DNA of 63,877 nucleotides, counting the filler, from Kipferlia bialata (lineage: Eukaryota): assembly GCA_003568945.1 (NCBI GenBank). It is 4 parts of 4 records of this genome, joined end to end, with 100 filler letters (N's around TTAATTAATTAA, not from the genome) between each part and the next. Parts side by side here need not be neighbours in the genome. Positions count along the whole stretch, not along the records: positions 1 to 22,298 come from BDIP01000297.1; positions 22,399 to 44,691 come from BDIP01000298.1; 2 more parts are not named here. One strand, given 5' to 3'. The position numbers and the translations under genes were made by a program. Positions 17,694 through 29,469 of the stretch are shown here, in pieces. The notes under the pieces are model-generated. The model was given only the letters and a program-made list of their open reading frames with translations. It had not been told where the DNA came from and did not search any database. Each line of letters starts with the position of its first letter. Positions within the stretch are counted from its first letter, which is position 1.

Positions 17694-18256
17694 TAAACAT
17701 ATGGTGTCAATGGTGGTCATAGGGCACAGGACAGACTTCACTCTCACAGGTACAGTGGATATATTCATATATTATATGATGTATATGTACACATGTGTAT
17801 ATATATGTATATATTGTGTATACGCCACAGTACAGACTTCGTACTCACAGGGACGATGTCACCTGGGGTGTGACATGTACTCTTTTCATATTATATATAT
17901 ATATATATATAAGCATGGCTCCAATACCAGGTTACGACTCTTGTAACAACGTGGTCCCTGTTGACATGTCCATGTCCGTGGCGTGGTGGCCTGAGACAGA
18001 GGGAGTTGCCCTGTCTAAATGCACCTTCAACACACCCGAGATAGGTTAGTGGATGTCAATATATATGTATATATACATATATATATGTATGTATGTATAT
18101 ATACACATTGTACATATAGTGCCCATGAGACAGAGGGGGTGGATTCATCGAAGTGTGTGTTCAACACTCCTGAGATAGGTTGGTGAATAGTGTGTGGTTC
18201 AACACTTTTGAGATGTCAACTAGCCAGTCTCTCTCTCTCTCTCCCTCTCTCTCTCT

Positions 18257-18303
<47 letters not shown>

Positions 18304-19114
18304 ACACACACACACACTCTATATATATATCTATATGTATATGTATGTGTATCCCAATCTAATTCTAGGCGATGTCAACTACTCTGTCACCATGGACATA
18401 CCAGTGGACAGGGTCAATGAGAGGCCAGTACTAGAGGTAGATATGTATATATGTATCAGTATACTTATACATATGTGCATATGTATGTACTTATTGTATA
18501 TTGATGGATATACCAGTGGACAGGGTCAATGAGAGGCCAGTCTTGTAGGTAGATATATGTATATATATACATATATCAGTATACTTATACATATACATAT
18601 GTATGTGATAGTATATACACTATAGTCAATGAGAGGCCAGTCTTGGAGGTATGCATTTACTACTGTGTCACTGTACATATGTGTATATATATGTGTGTGT
18701 GTGTGTGTAATTAGTTGTATATACATATATATGTGGATGTGCCAGTGGACAGGGTCAGTGAGAGGCCAGTACTCGAGGTGGGGTATATCAGTGTATCTAT
18801 ACATATGTAAATAGGTATATATATGTGTGTGTTAGAGTGTATATATACATATATGTGTGGATATATACATATATATGTGGATGTGCCAGTGGGCAGGGTC
18901 ATTACAATAGGTATACACCATTCCCTCTCTCTGTCGTAGGATATATGCCCATATACATTTATTTCCCCAGATGTACCCCTCTGACCCCATCATGGTCACT
19001 CCCTCTCTCTCTCCATATGTATATATGTATATATCATATATATATATATACATATCTAACCCTAGATCCATACCAAGCCACCTAGCGGTCCTGTACCCGA
19101 CCCCATCATGGTCA

Positions 19115-19155
<41 letters not shown>

Positions 19156-19664
19156 GTATACACACCTCACCCTAGATCCATACTGCCCCACCTAGCGGTC
19201 CCACCCCTGACCCCATCATGGTCACCCTCTCTATGACACTGGGCACAGTCACAACGGCAGATGTACACCCTACTGAGGTGTGTCTATATATATGGAGAGA
19301 ATACAGCTCTGGTGACACCCTGACCATCACATAGATAGATATATATGCTTATATATCAACTGTTAGACTCTATTATATATATAGTCATTCATGCTGAGTA
19401 CTAATACCTAGGTAACCTCCTGTTCCGGTGACACCACCCTGACCATCACATATATTAATGCTTATATACATATATATATATATGTAATGACTTAGTAATC
19501 TAACTCACAGGTCACCTCCTGTTCTGGCGACACCACCCTGACCGTCACCCCCTTCAACGAGAGTGGCACTGTGATGATAGACACAGAGGCACAGCTCAGC
19601 GTGTACTTTGAGGATGAGCCTGAGGAGAGGTATGTATATAGATATATAAAGACTGTATATACAT

Positions 19665-19708
<44 letters not shown>

Positions 19709-20579
19709 GGCACAGCTCAGTGTGTACTTCGAGGATGAGCCAGAGGAGAGGTATATATATGCATAGATATACTATATATATATACTTTTACATGTTATAG
19801 AGAGAGAGAGAGAGAGAGGCATTGAGGATGAACCAGAGGAGAGGTATAGGGCAGTTCAAGATTCATGAGTGAGTATAATTAGTGTATGTATGTTTATTGC
19901 ACTTACTCCTAGGTACCTTACCCCTCTGTATGTCAATCTATCTTACCATACACTCTCTTGTATATATTTTCATACATATTTTTACCCTCAGGTACCTAGC
20001 CCGTCTGTGTGAGACCTGTCATACTATAACATCTGATATGCATATGATACTGATACTGACCCCCAGGTACCTTACCTTGCCCGTCCACGTGTCGATCTCT
20101 CCATGATATACACTATGATGTCTATATACACCATGATGTACTAATCCCATTGATAGTGACCCTCAGGTACCTAGCCCGTCTGTGTGAGACCTGTGTGCCT
20201 CTGTCATACTACGTCACAGTCGGGGACTACTGCGGGGTCATGTACGTTAGTATGTATCAGTTCTTTCTCTCTATATATAGATAGATATAGATAGGTAGAC
20301 CATATTCTATATGCCACAGTCGGGGTCTATTGCACTCCAATGTGAGTTGCTGTTGTGTGATACATATACAATGTCTGTATATGTATAATGGTATACGCTG
20401 TCATACTATGTCACAGTCTACTGTGGGGTCATGTGAGTAGTTGTGTTGTGTGTACTGTTCTGGTGTACTCATCTCTCTTGCTGCTCAGGTGTCTCCTCTA
20501 CATTTCTCTCTCTCTACATATATGTTATGTTACATTTTTTGCATATTCCAGGGACCGAAACCTAGTTGTGCTCGCAGTG

Positions 20580-20614
<35 letters not shown>

Positions 20615-21160
20615 CTCTAGGCACCGCAACTTGCTGCTCAGGTGTCTCCTCTCTCTCTCTATGTATATATACATATGAGTATATCGCTAACGCTAGGGAC
20701 CGTAACCTAGTTGTGGCTGTTGCCTCCCAGACCACCCCAGTGTCAACACTCACAGTCACAATGGGTATGTGTTGCTATATCTATATATATGACACATATA
20801 TGTGGTGCTATACACTATATGCTACATAGATATCAGGTACCATATATAATGCTACATATATATCATGTGCCATATATATGAGTATACATATATGTTGCCT
20901 CCCAGACCACACCCGTCAATATAGTGAGAATGAGTATGTGTATACCATTGTATACCATTGTATCTTTGTAACAGTCTATGTTTATGTAAAGTGAGAGAGA
21001 TGGTATCTATATGGTATGTATCCATTCACCCACAGTCACAATATATATATATATTTGTGGTATTTGATGCTTCATATGGCCTTGCAAATTGGTATACACT
21101 GACCTCAGTCTACTTTGCCCTGGATGTATTATATATATATATATTATTGGTATATACATT

Positions 21161-21191
<31 letters not shown>

Positions 21192-22058
21192 TCACCCCCA
21201 GTCTACTCTGCCCCCTGGTGGTACTATGCCCTGGTTGTGTGTCTGGGCATGGTCACTGCCATGGGTATCCTATGTTACAGAACTAGAGGTAGAGGCGTCT
21301 CAATATATATATATAGTATAATTAGTAGATATGTAGTACATGCATACATGTATATGTGTGTGTCTGGGTCTGGTCATTGCCATGGGGGTCCTATGTTACA
21401 GAACTAGAGGTGGGGCTATATATATATATGTGTGTACATAGTATAGTAGTATAATTATATCTATAGTGAGTCCTGTGCTACAGAACAAGAGGTAAAGGCG
21501 TCTCAATATATATATATATAGTATAATTAGTAGATATGTAGTTCATGCATACATGTATATGTGTGTGTCTAGGGCATGGTCATAGCCATGGGTGTACTGT
21601 GCTACAGAACCAGAGGTATATATATATATGTATATGTCAACAGTGTCTTGTGCTATATTGATATATAGTATATATATAGTCCATGGGCGTCCTGTGCTAC
21701 AGTACTAGAGGTGGGGCATCCCTATAGTATATATAGTGTATATATATATTACCTATAGTATATATAATCCATGGGGGTCCTGTGCTACAGAACCAGAGGT
21801 GGGGCTACATGTATATGGGATATTGGATATCATATATATTGGATATATATTGGATATCATATATATAGTATATATATAGTCCTTGTGTCCTGTGCTACAG
21901 GACTAGAAGTGGGACCTCTCTATCATATATATAATATATTAATGTAGTATATAGCATAGTACCTATATATGTCTCACCCCTCAGGCAGGGGTGGCTACAC
22001 CGCTGTGTCCAGGGACAAGTGGGCACGGGAGCAGGAGAGAGAGACAGAGAGAGAGTAG
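247..22058 (+). CDS. Large multi-exon type-I membrane/surface protein, 5'-partial, with putative FG-GAP/propeller-like and Ig/filamin-like repeats, a C-terminal TM helix and a short tail
   Basis: The exons checked join in phase at GT..AG. Examples: 247-346 VTLDISDPYYPSAVFDTLP; 760-1028; 11557-11839 DIILVTNHYAPSGNFDITGPPMYVYTRD; SVSPSTVHCSDPSVTFTVTLLDEDGDII. TM exon 21202-21288 reads YSAPWWYYALVVCLGMVTAMGILCYRTR. Last exon 21985-22058 reads GRGGYTAVSRDKWAREQERETERE*. Not every junction was verified, and the domain names are by-eye inference. Confidence 0.75.
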
Positions 22059-22253
22059 AGCACTCTCAAAATTGTTGTATTTACAAATAGATTAATCTAA
22101 TAGTGATCCAATCTCTGCAAAACAGAGTAGAGAGATTGTGATGTATAAAGTTGCCAGTATCTTTGAGTGTTGTAGTATTGTAGATCATAAGGCCCAACGT
22201 ACGTTTGTAACTGTGGTAAGTATCGATGACTATACGAGTTAATAAGGTAAAAG

Positions 22254-22298
22254 TGTACGAAGTGGGATTCGAACCCACGCGTGATAATTCACATCAGG
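22254..22298 (-). tRNA. 3' part of a type-II tRNA (probably tRNA-Leu), truncated by the contig end
   Basis: Minus strand reads CCTGATGTGAATTATCACGCGTGGGTTCGAATCCCACTTCGTACA. It shows a long variable-arm hairpin, a perfect T-arm (GTGGG-TTCGAAT-CCCAC) and an acceptor 3' strand followed closely by TTTT. The anticodon is not visible. Confidence 0.7.
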
Positions 22299-22398
22299 NN
22301 NNNNNNNNNNNNNNNNNNNNNNNNNNNNNNNNNNNNNNNNNNTTAATTAATTAANNNNNNNNNNNNNNNNNNNNNNNNNNNNNNNNNNNNNNNNNNNN
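22299..22398. other. Artificial contig linker
   Basis: 44 N + TTAATTAATTAA (stops in all frames) + 44 N. Confidence 0.97.
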
Positions 22399-22453
<55 letters not shown>

Positions 22454-22505
22454 ATATATATACCTCTCACCCTCAGTCCCTCTCTGACACTGCCACTGAT
22501 ATGGC

Positions 22506-22548
<43 letters not shown>

Positions 22549-22562
22549 CCTCTCACCCCCAG

Positions 22563-23076
22563 TCCCTCTCTGACACTGCCACTGATATGGCCTCTCTGGC
22601 TGTACTGGTGGATGAGAGCGGGGCAGCAACAAATGCAGCAGGTATAGTCTTTCGTATATATGTATGATACTATGTGTATTGTAATGACTTGTCTCTCTGG
22701 CTGTACTGGTGGATGAGAGCGGGGTAGCAACAAACGCAGCAGGTATTCATTGGATTCTTTTGGTTCATTCCTCTCTCTCTCTCTCTATATATACTCATCT
22801 AACTTCAGGTGTCTGCATTGCCCTCCAGGCATCTTCCTCTTGATATATACGTTAATATTTATATATGTATGTATTGACATCTTTATATGTGTATCCCTCA
22901 CCTCAGGTGTCTGCATTGCCCTCCAGGCCTCCTCATCTGATGAGACCCAGGACAGGGAGAGGGAGAGGGAGAGAGAGAGGCAGGGGGAGACTGGAGGTGC
23001 AGGCATGGACCCAGAGCAGGCAGAGAGACTCATGGCGATGCTCGGAGCAGTACTTGCTAAGGTACTATCTCCTTAA

Positions 23077-23123
<47 letters not shown>

Positions 23124-26100
23124 ATTCTAGGGTGGCCTTGGTACCAATGCCATTGCATCCTTGATGGACCAGCAGACAGGGGCTAGGGGAGGTACATTAT
23201 ACTATAGTATATACATATATATATAAGGATATATATATATATATGTAGTGTATAGTGTTATGCCATTGCATCCTTGATGGACCAGCAGACAGGGGCTAGA
23301 GGAGGTACAGATATAGTTGCATGTATATATATGTACTATGATTTCTGGTTATAACACTAGTCTTCTCAGAACCCCCACGTTTCCTTTCTCTCACCAATGT
23401 CACTGTGTATATATATATTAATGTTAGTATATTAGAACCTGACTCCAGCTGACCAGGACCACACCTCTGATGTGGACAGGGAGACCAACGCCAGAGAGAC
23501 CATATCTCGGTACGAAACCCCATGTCACATATCACATGAATCATTTTCTTTGTCAAACATCTTATTTTCCATTCTAACTTGCAGTGGCTTCCAGCAACGC
23601 CGCACACAGTGTCTGGCTGCACTCAATGACCAGGTAACACCCTTCTCATACCATTATCTCTTGTTTTCAAGGAGGGTCTTTGACCCTATATATTATATCG
23701 TTATTGGTATTGGTCTCAACATGTTATATGTACTCCTTAGAGGAGGAACTACCCCAAGGGTCTCTGGCTAAATAGTATATATAGTATTCAATATTTAGTG
23801 TGTATTGCTGACTACTAAACCCTAGGAGGAACTGGCCCTAGGCAGGGTCTAGTCCTCGGCAGTAAATACATATGTAAACTAACCAATTAACTATATACTC
23901 AACCCTAGGAGGAACTGGCCCTAGGCAGGGTCTCCGGTCAGACCAGGGATGAGCTCATGGCTAGATTCAGTGCAGAGAGGAGCAGGTACACACCTACACT
24001 ATACACCGTACACCGTACACCGTACATCGTCTAATTACCTAGGCTTGAGGAGGCACTTGCTGAGGAGGGCGCCCAGCAGAGAGCATACCTTGAGGTACGC
24101 TGTAGTGTTATAGTACTGTACGAACTAGTTCGATCTGAACATACTTAGTATGAATGCTTCTATGCCCATACAGTATTCTCATGCATCAGGCCCAGCTTGC
24201 TGCCAGAATTCTTAATATTTGTTATATTTGTTTTGGATCACTGTGTTTGTCGTGTGTTCTCGTGTGTTAGGGTCAGTATAAATATGAATAACACATATAG
24301 TGTTCTCATGTGTCAGGCCCAGCTTGCTGCCAGAAGGAGGCGGAAGGAGGCCCAGCACAAGTTGGCTCTCGAGGAGGTAAGTGAAATTCATATGCTAATA
24401 CTACAAAGTCAATATCACACGATGAACATGTGATACATGAAAGTGTTGAGAATTTGTATATATCATCCACTGACCACGTAGGAGGCCGAGGTTGAGATGC
24501 AGACCAGGCACACCGAGGAGAGGCAGGCCATCGAGGAGGTATGGGTATTAGACTCTTTCTCCTAGTGTTCAACTTTTGTAACCGTTAGGACATTGCCAGA
24601 GATGCCTCTGAGCTGGGTGCCGAGTTGGAGAAGAGCCTGGCCTCAGACGAGGAGCAGAGAAGGTGAGTATTCCTAATGGTATTCTGATTGTATTCTCTCT
24701 TAGTTTCTGTATCAGTATCAGTTCAATTACCTTTACCTTCGAATTGTGTATGTGTGTTAAACACACTGCATTTCCAATCCATACCACTATTGAGTCTTGT
24801 TTACCCCTAGATCCCATTATTCTATTAACCCCAGGCGTGACATGGGTGCCGAACAGCAGCAGGAGGCAGCCACATGCCAGAACGACCAGGAGAGAAAGGC
24901 TCTGCTGAGGTACTGTCTCACTGACTCATATACTCTCCTCTGTATATAACCTCCTCAGTATTTGGAAAGTACTTTACTTTACTTTCCCCCTTATTGTCAG
25001 GCAGCACGAGAAGGAGAGAGAGTCTCTGGAGGCCAGGCTGGCCAGGGAGAGAGAGAGGCAGAACGCCCTGCTGCAGCAGAGGCTGACAGCTAGGTATTTT
25101 CTAATACAAGTATAATTACAATTTTCGTAATAGTGATATGTTGTGTGCTTATCACAGGCGCCGCCGTCTCCTTGCCGAGCACGACATTGAGTCCAACAAC
25201 GACATGTTTGCACACGTCCAGAAGAAGCAGGTTTGTAACACTACCAAACTCTCTTTCTCTCTCTGTGTACTATCGTAATGTGTACAGCACCTGTGTCTGT
25301 ATGTCCTCACACCAGGAGCTCCAGACTGCTATTGCCGAGATCAGTGCCGATGAGCATGAGCAGCAGGTATTGCCATCTCTCTCTCTCTTCATGTCTACCT
25401 AGCTTGTCATAGAGCGGTGTCATACTTATTAATTTGTTCTCTCTCTCTCTCTCTCTGTCATATTCTTCCTATACATGTCTAATCCCTAGGCCCTAGCCGA
25501 TGCCCACCAGGAGCAGTGCCAGGCCAGACAGACAGCACTAGAGCAGCAGGTACATACTATGTATATACAGTATATATAGTTACACAAAAGAAATCTGCCT
25601 TTGGTGGGAATCGAAGCCAGATCTTTCGGAGAACCGTCTCACCCTTAGAAGCAGACTCTTGCCCAGGCTGTGGCTAGGAAGGGTACTCTGACCTCTGCCA
25701 ACGAGATGCTGCTGTCCCACATGTCTCACTTGGAGGTATGGTAGATATTTGTTATACATAGACTCTTTTTATACATGCACTTGCCCTGTGTGTATGTATT
25801 TGTTTGGTATGCTGTATACATGCATTAACCCCAGGACCTTGACGCTGACAGGGCCAGGGAGAGGGAGAGGCAGATGGCTGAGCTTCAGAGGAAGATTCAG
25901 GTAACAACTCCACTAGTCCAAGTACAAGTACACTCCATTGCATGTATATATATAATTGCCCTTGCCTACACTGCGTTTACTAGTTTACTAACCCCTGTCC
26001 AAGCGCCGCCACAACCTCGCCAGCCAGAACAGAAAGGGTGGTGTTGCCACTGCTCAGGCCCTTGATAAGCTGAAGGTACCCCTCCTATATATATTATGGT

Positions 26101-26236
26101 TATTTGGTCATTGTTATAGTGTCTCCACACGGAATCGAACCCACGCCAGGCCAGTGAGGAGCAGGGCATGCAGGCTGCACTGGAGGAGGAGAAGGCTGGT
26201 GCCGCACTCGAGCAGGAGACCGCCCTGGCCAAGGTA

Positions 26237-26287
<51 letters not shown>

Positions 26288-29200
26288 CTAGCCCCCTTTT
26301 CACCCCCAGAGAGCTGCCAATGAGGAGCTCAGGGCCAGGCGCCAGCTGAGGCAACAGGTATATATCCCTGTTTGTTTATGTTTGTATATATGTTACTGTA
26401 TTCCGCTTATTAGTAGGTCACCACCTCCTCTGGTGCTGAGAAGGCCAGACTGGTACAACAGGCCACAGAGAGACTGGCATCCATCGAGAACCAGGTACCG
26501 TCCATACTGAACATCTTTTGTATTAATATGTATCGACATATATATATATGTATGTATACCTATTGACCCTCAGATGGACGCCGAGCGTCAGCGCACCCTT
26601 GCCCAGCTGGCTCAGAGACTGGAGGCCAAGAAGAGGTTTGGACATACAGTGTATTATAGGATACTAATGGCACATGTATGATGAGTGGGTGTATGTATTT
26701 GGGCACCTAACCTTACCTCTAGGCGCCAGCAGATTCAGATTGAGCAGCGCAGGCGCAAGAGACAGATTGGACTGGATCAGGTGCGCATACATCAAACTAG
26801 ATTTGGTTGACTTATGTTTCTTTGTAAAGCTTTTCTCACTCTCTAAGTCCAGTCCTCATCCATGGCCGATGCCTATAGTTCTCTCTCTCTCTCCCTCTCT
26901 CTCTATATATATGTATTTGTATATTTGTATATATATACCCTAACCATCAGGTATATTCCTCTTTCTCTCTATATATATATAAATATGTATATACATCCTT
27001 ATGTCAGGTCCAGTCCTCCTCCATGACTGATGACCAAGTGGCCGATGAGACAGTCGAGACAACATACGACCCAGAGGTATAGTCATATATATACATATAT
27101 GTATGTATATAAGCTCTGGGGTTCTCATCGTCTCTGACCCTCTCTTCTCACTCTTCAGCTTGTATCCGAGGTCGCTGCTGCTCTCGACAAGGCCCAGGCC
27201 CAGGTACTGCATATTCTATCCATATTTATCATTCATTCATGTCTTCTCTCCCTCTACACCCTTTTCTCCAACCCTCAGGTTGCTCAGGAGGTGCAGGAGG
27301 AGCCTGAGAGCGACGATGAGGAGGTACGGTTATCTCTCTCTCTATCTCTCTCTCTCAGCCTACACCCTTATTCTGACTTTTTTAGGAGGCCCTCAAGCAG
27401 CAGGAGAGAGAGAAGGAGAGAGAGAGACAGATGCAGCAGGACGAGGAGGAGCTTCGTAAGGACAGCCTTGAGGAGAGCAGGTAATGTGCAGTGTTTCTAA
27501 TTATTGATAGGAGAGGGAATCGAAACCTGACCCTCAGGCGCTCCAAGGCTAGGCTAGAGGCCCAGATGAAGGCTGAGTTGAAGCGCCTCGAGTCTCAGGG
27601 GCAGGGCTCCGAGGATCTGCTGCTCGCTCATGAGAAGAGGTACTGTCTCTGTCTCTCCCTATCTTAGTATTCCATCTTGTGTTCTACTGTCTCAATTGTG
27701 TGAATTGTCCTAACATGCCAGGCAGAAGGAGTTGACTGCCATCATGGAGGAGGAGCAGGCCAGACAGGCTGAGCTACTCGAGCAGAGACTCGCTGCCAGG
27801 TATCGTTAGTATGAAAGAGCATGTGTCCTCATTATGTATGTTTATTCTTTACGTGACTAACCCTAGGCGCCGTCGTAAGATGCTCGCCGTTCAGCGCTCT
27901 GAGCGTGAGAGGAAGAGAGAGAAGGAGGCAGCCAAGGAGGAGGAGAGAGCAGCGGCAGCCAGAGACAGGTGTGTACATGACTCGCATTCATTCACTTATA
28001 CATTGATATATGACTCATTCATTTACATCCCAGGTCTGCCGGTGCCGAGAAGCAGGCCATTGTATATTTCATTTCTTGTATTCCAATTGTGTATGTACAT
28101 ATATATATGTATATATACTATTATTCTATCAACTAACCCCTCCAGGTCTGCCGGTGCCGAGAAGCAGGCCATTGTGGCAGCCCTCGAGATCAGGTCTCCC
28201 AAGGCCGGACAGGCCTCAGGAGGTAAGTATGTACACGTCACGTACATGTTATACCATGACCAATATATGTATATATACAATTTGTAAGTGTAAGTGTTAC
28301 CCCAGGCTCCTCCTCTGCCCAGACCCAGGCTGTATCCGATGTAGTCGAGATTGCAATGCAGAGAAGGTATAGATTTATATATATAGATATATCTCTATAT
28401 ACACTCTTTACATGAATACAAATATATTAATATTTTCATGAACTAAGTAGTTATAATATGTGTGGAGTAGTGATAATAGTATTCTTCTGTCTCTCACATC
28501 AGGCACAGTGTTGAGCTCCAGGACCTGATCCAGACTCACGCCACTGAGAAGAAGACAGTCGCAGCAGCTGCTAGGGATGAGGTAAATAGTCTGATTATAT
28601 ATGTATTGTATGATTATATATGTATTGTATATCATATTGTATATGCTGTGTATATACCCATGCCACTGAGAAGAAGACAGTGGCAGCAGCAGCTAGGGAT
28701 GAGGTATTGAAAACCTGAAAGATATATACATATAACATTCAGGCCATGCATATACTATATTCAGTGTATTAGAAGAGTGTTAGAGTGTCCTCTTAACTCC
28801 CAGGTCATTGAGCTCTATGAGAAGAAGAGAGAGGCCATGTTTGAGAGGTTTGGCAGGGCCATCTCAGAGCTCTTCCAGGGGGCTGGTGCCAGGTACTTCT
28901 CTCTCTCACACGCACACTGCTGCTTGACGATAGTGATCCCGTCTCTCCTCTGTTCTCGTTTTGGTACTATGTCCCTTTCTTTGCCTCACCACCAGGGCTG
29001 ACCTCTCTGAGATTGAGAGGAACAGACAGGCACTGCTCAAGAGCCAGGTATGAAGGAGCCTTATGTTATATCATATCCCTGTTACTTGATATCGTTACAT
29101 ATATATCATGCATGTATGCATCTTTTACTTCAATCTCAATGCATATTTAACCGTAGGCCGCTGAGACTGCCACCCTTGAGACCGGTCTGGAGACTGCCAC

Positions 29201-29433
29201 GTCAGATGCAGTCAGGGAGGCACTCGCCGATCTAGACTCTAAGCAGGTGGGGTATATATATATATAGAGAGAGAGAGATGCAGTGAAGGAGGCACTGGCA
29301 GACCTGGACTCAAAGCAGGTATTGAATATATATATGTATATATATATTTATAGAGAGAGAGAGAGAGAGATGCAGTGAGGGGGGTACTGGCTGATCTAGA
29401 CTCCAAGCAGGTGGGGTATATGATATGATATCA

Positions 29434-29469
<36 letters not shown>

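Noticed and set aside
19..21407. Numerous 60-290 aa ORFs rich in YI, SL, CV and HT dipeptides, on both strands
   Set aside because: They are translations of (TA)n/(TC)n/(TG)n intronic repeats. Only the embedded exon segments are coding.
1200..21910. Echoes as classical mutually exclusive alternative exons (Dscam-like)
   Set aside because: Nearly all copies have only one splice site, and some contain stops or frameshifts, so they are not complete cassette exons. Occasional use is not excluded.
22343..22354. TTAATTAATTAA palindrome (also near 44736 and 58453)
   Set aside because: It is the core of an artificial contig linker. Gene adjacency across linkers carries no biological meaning.
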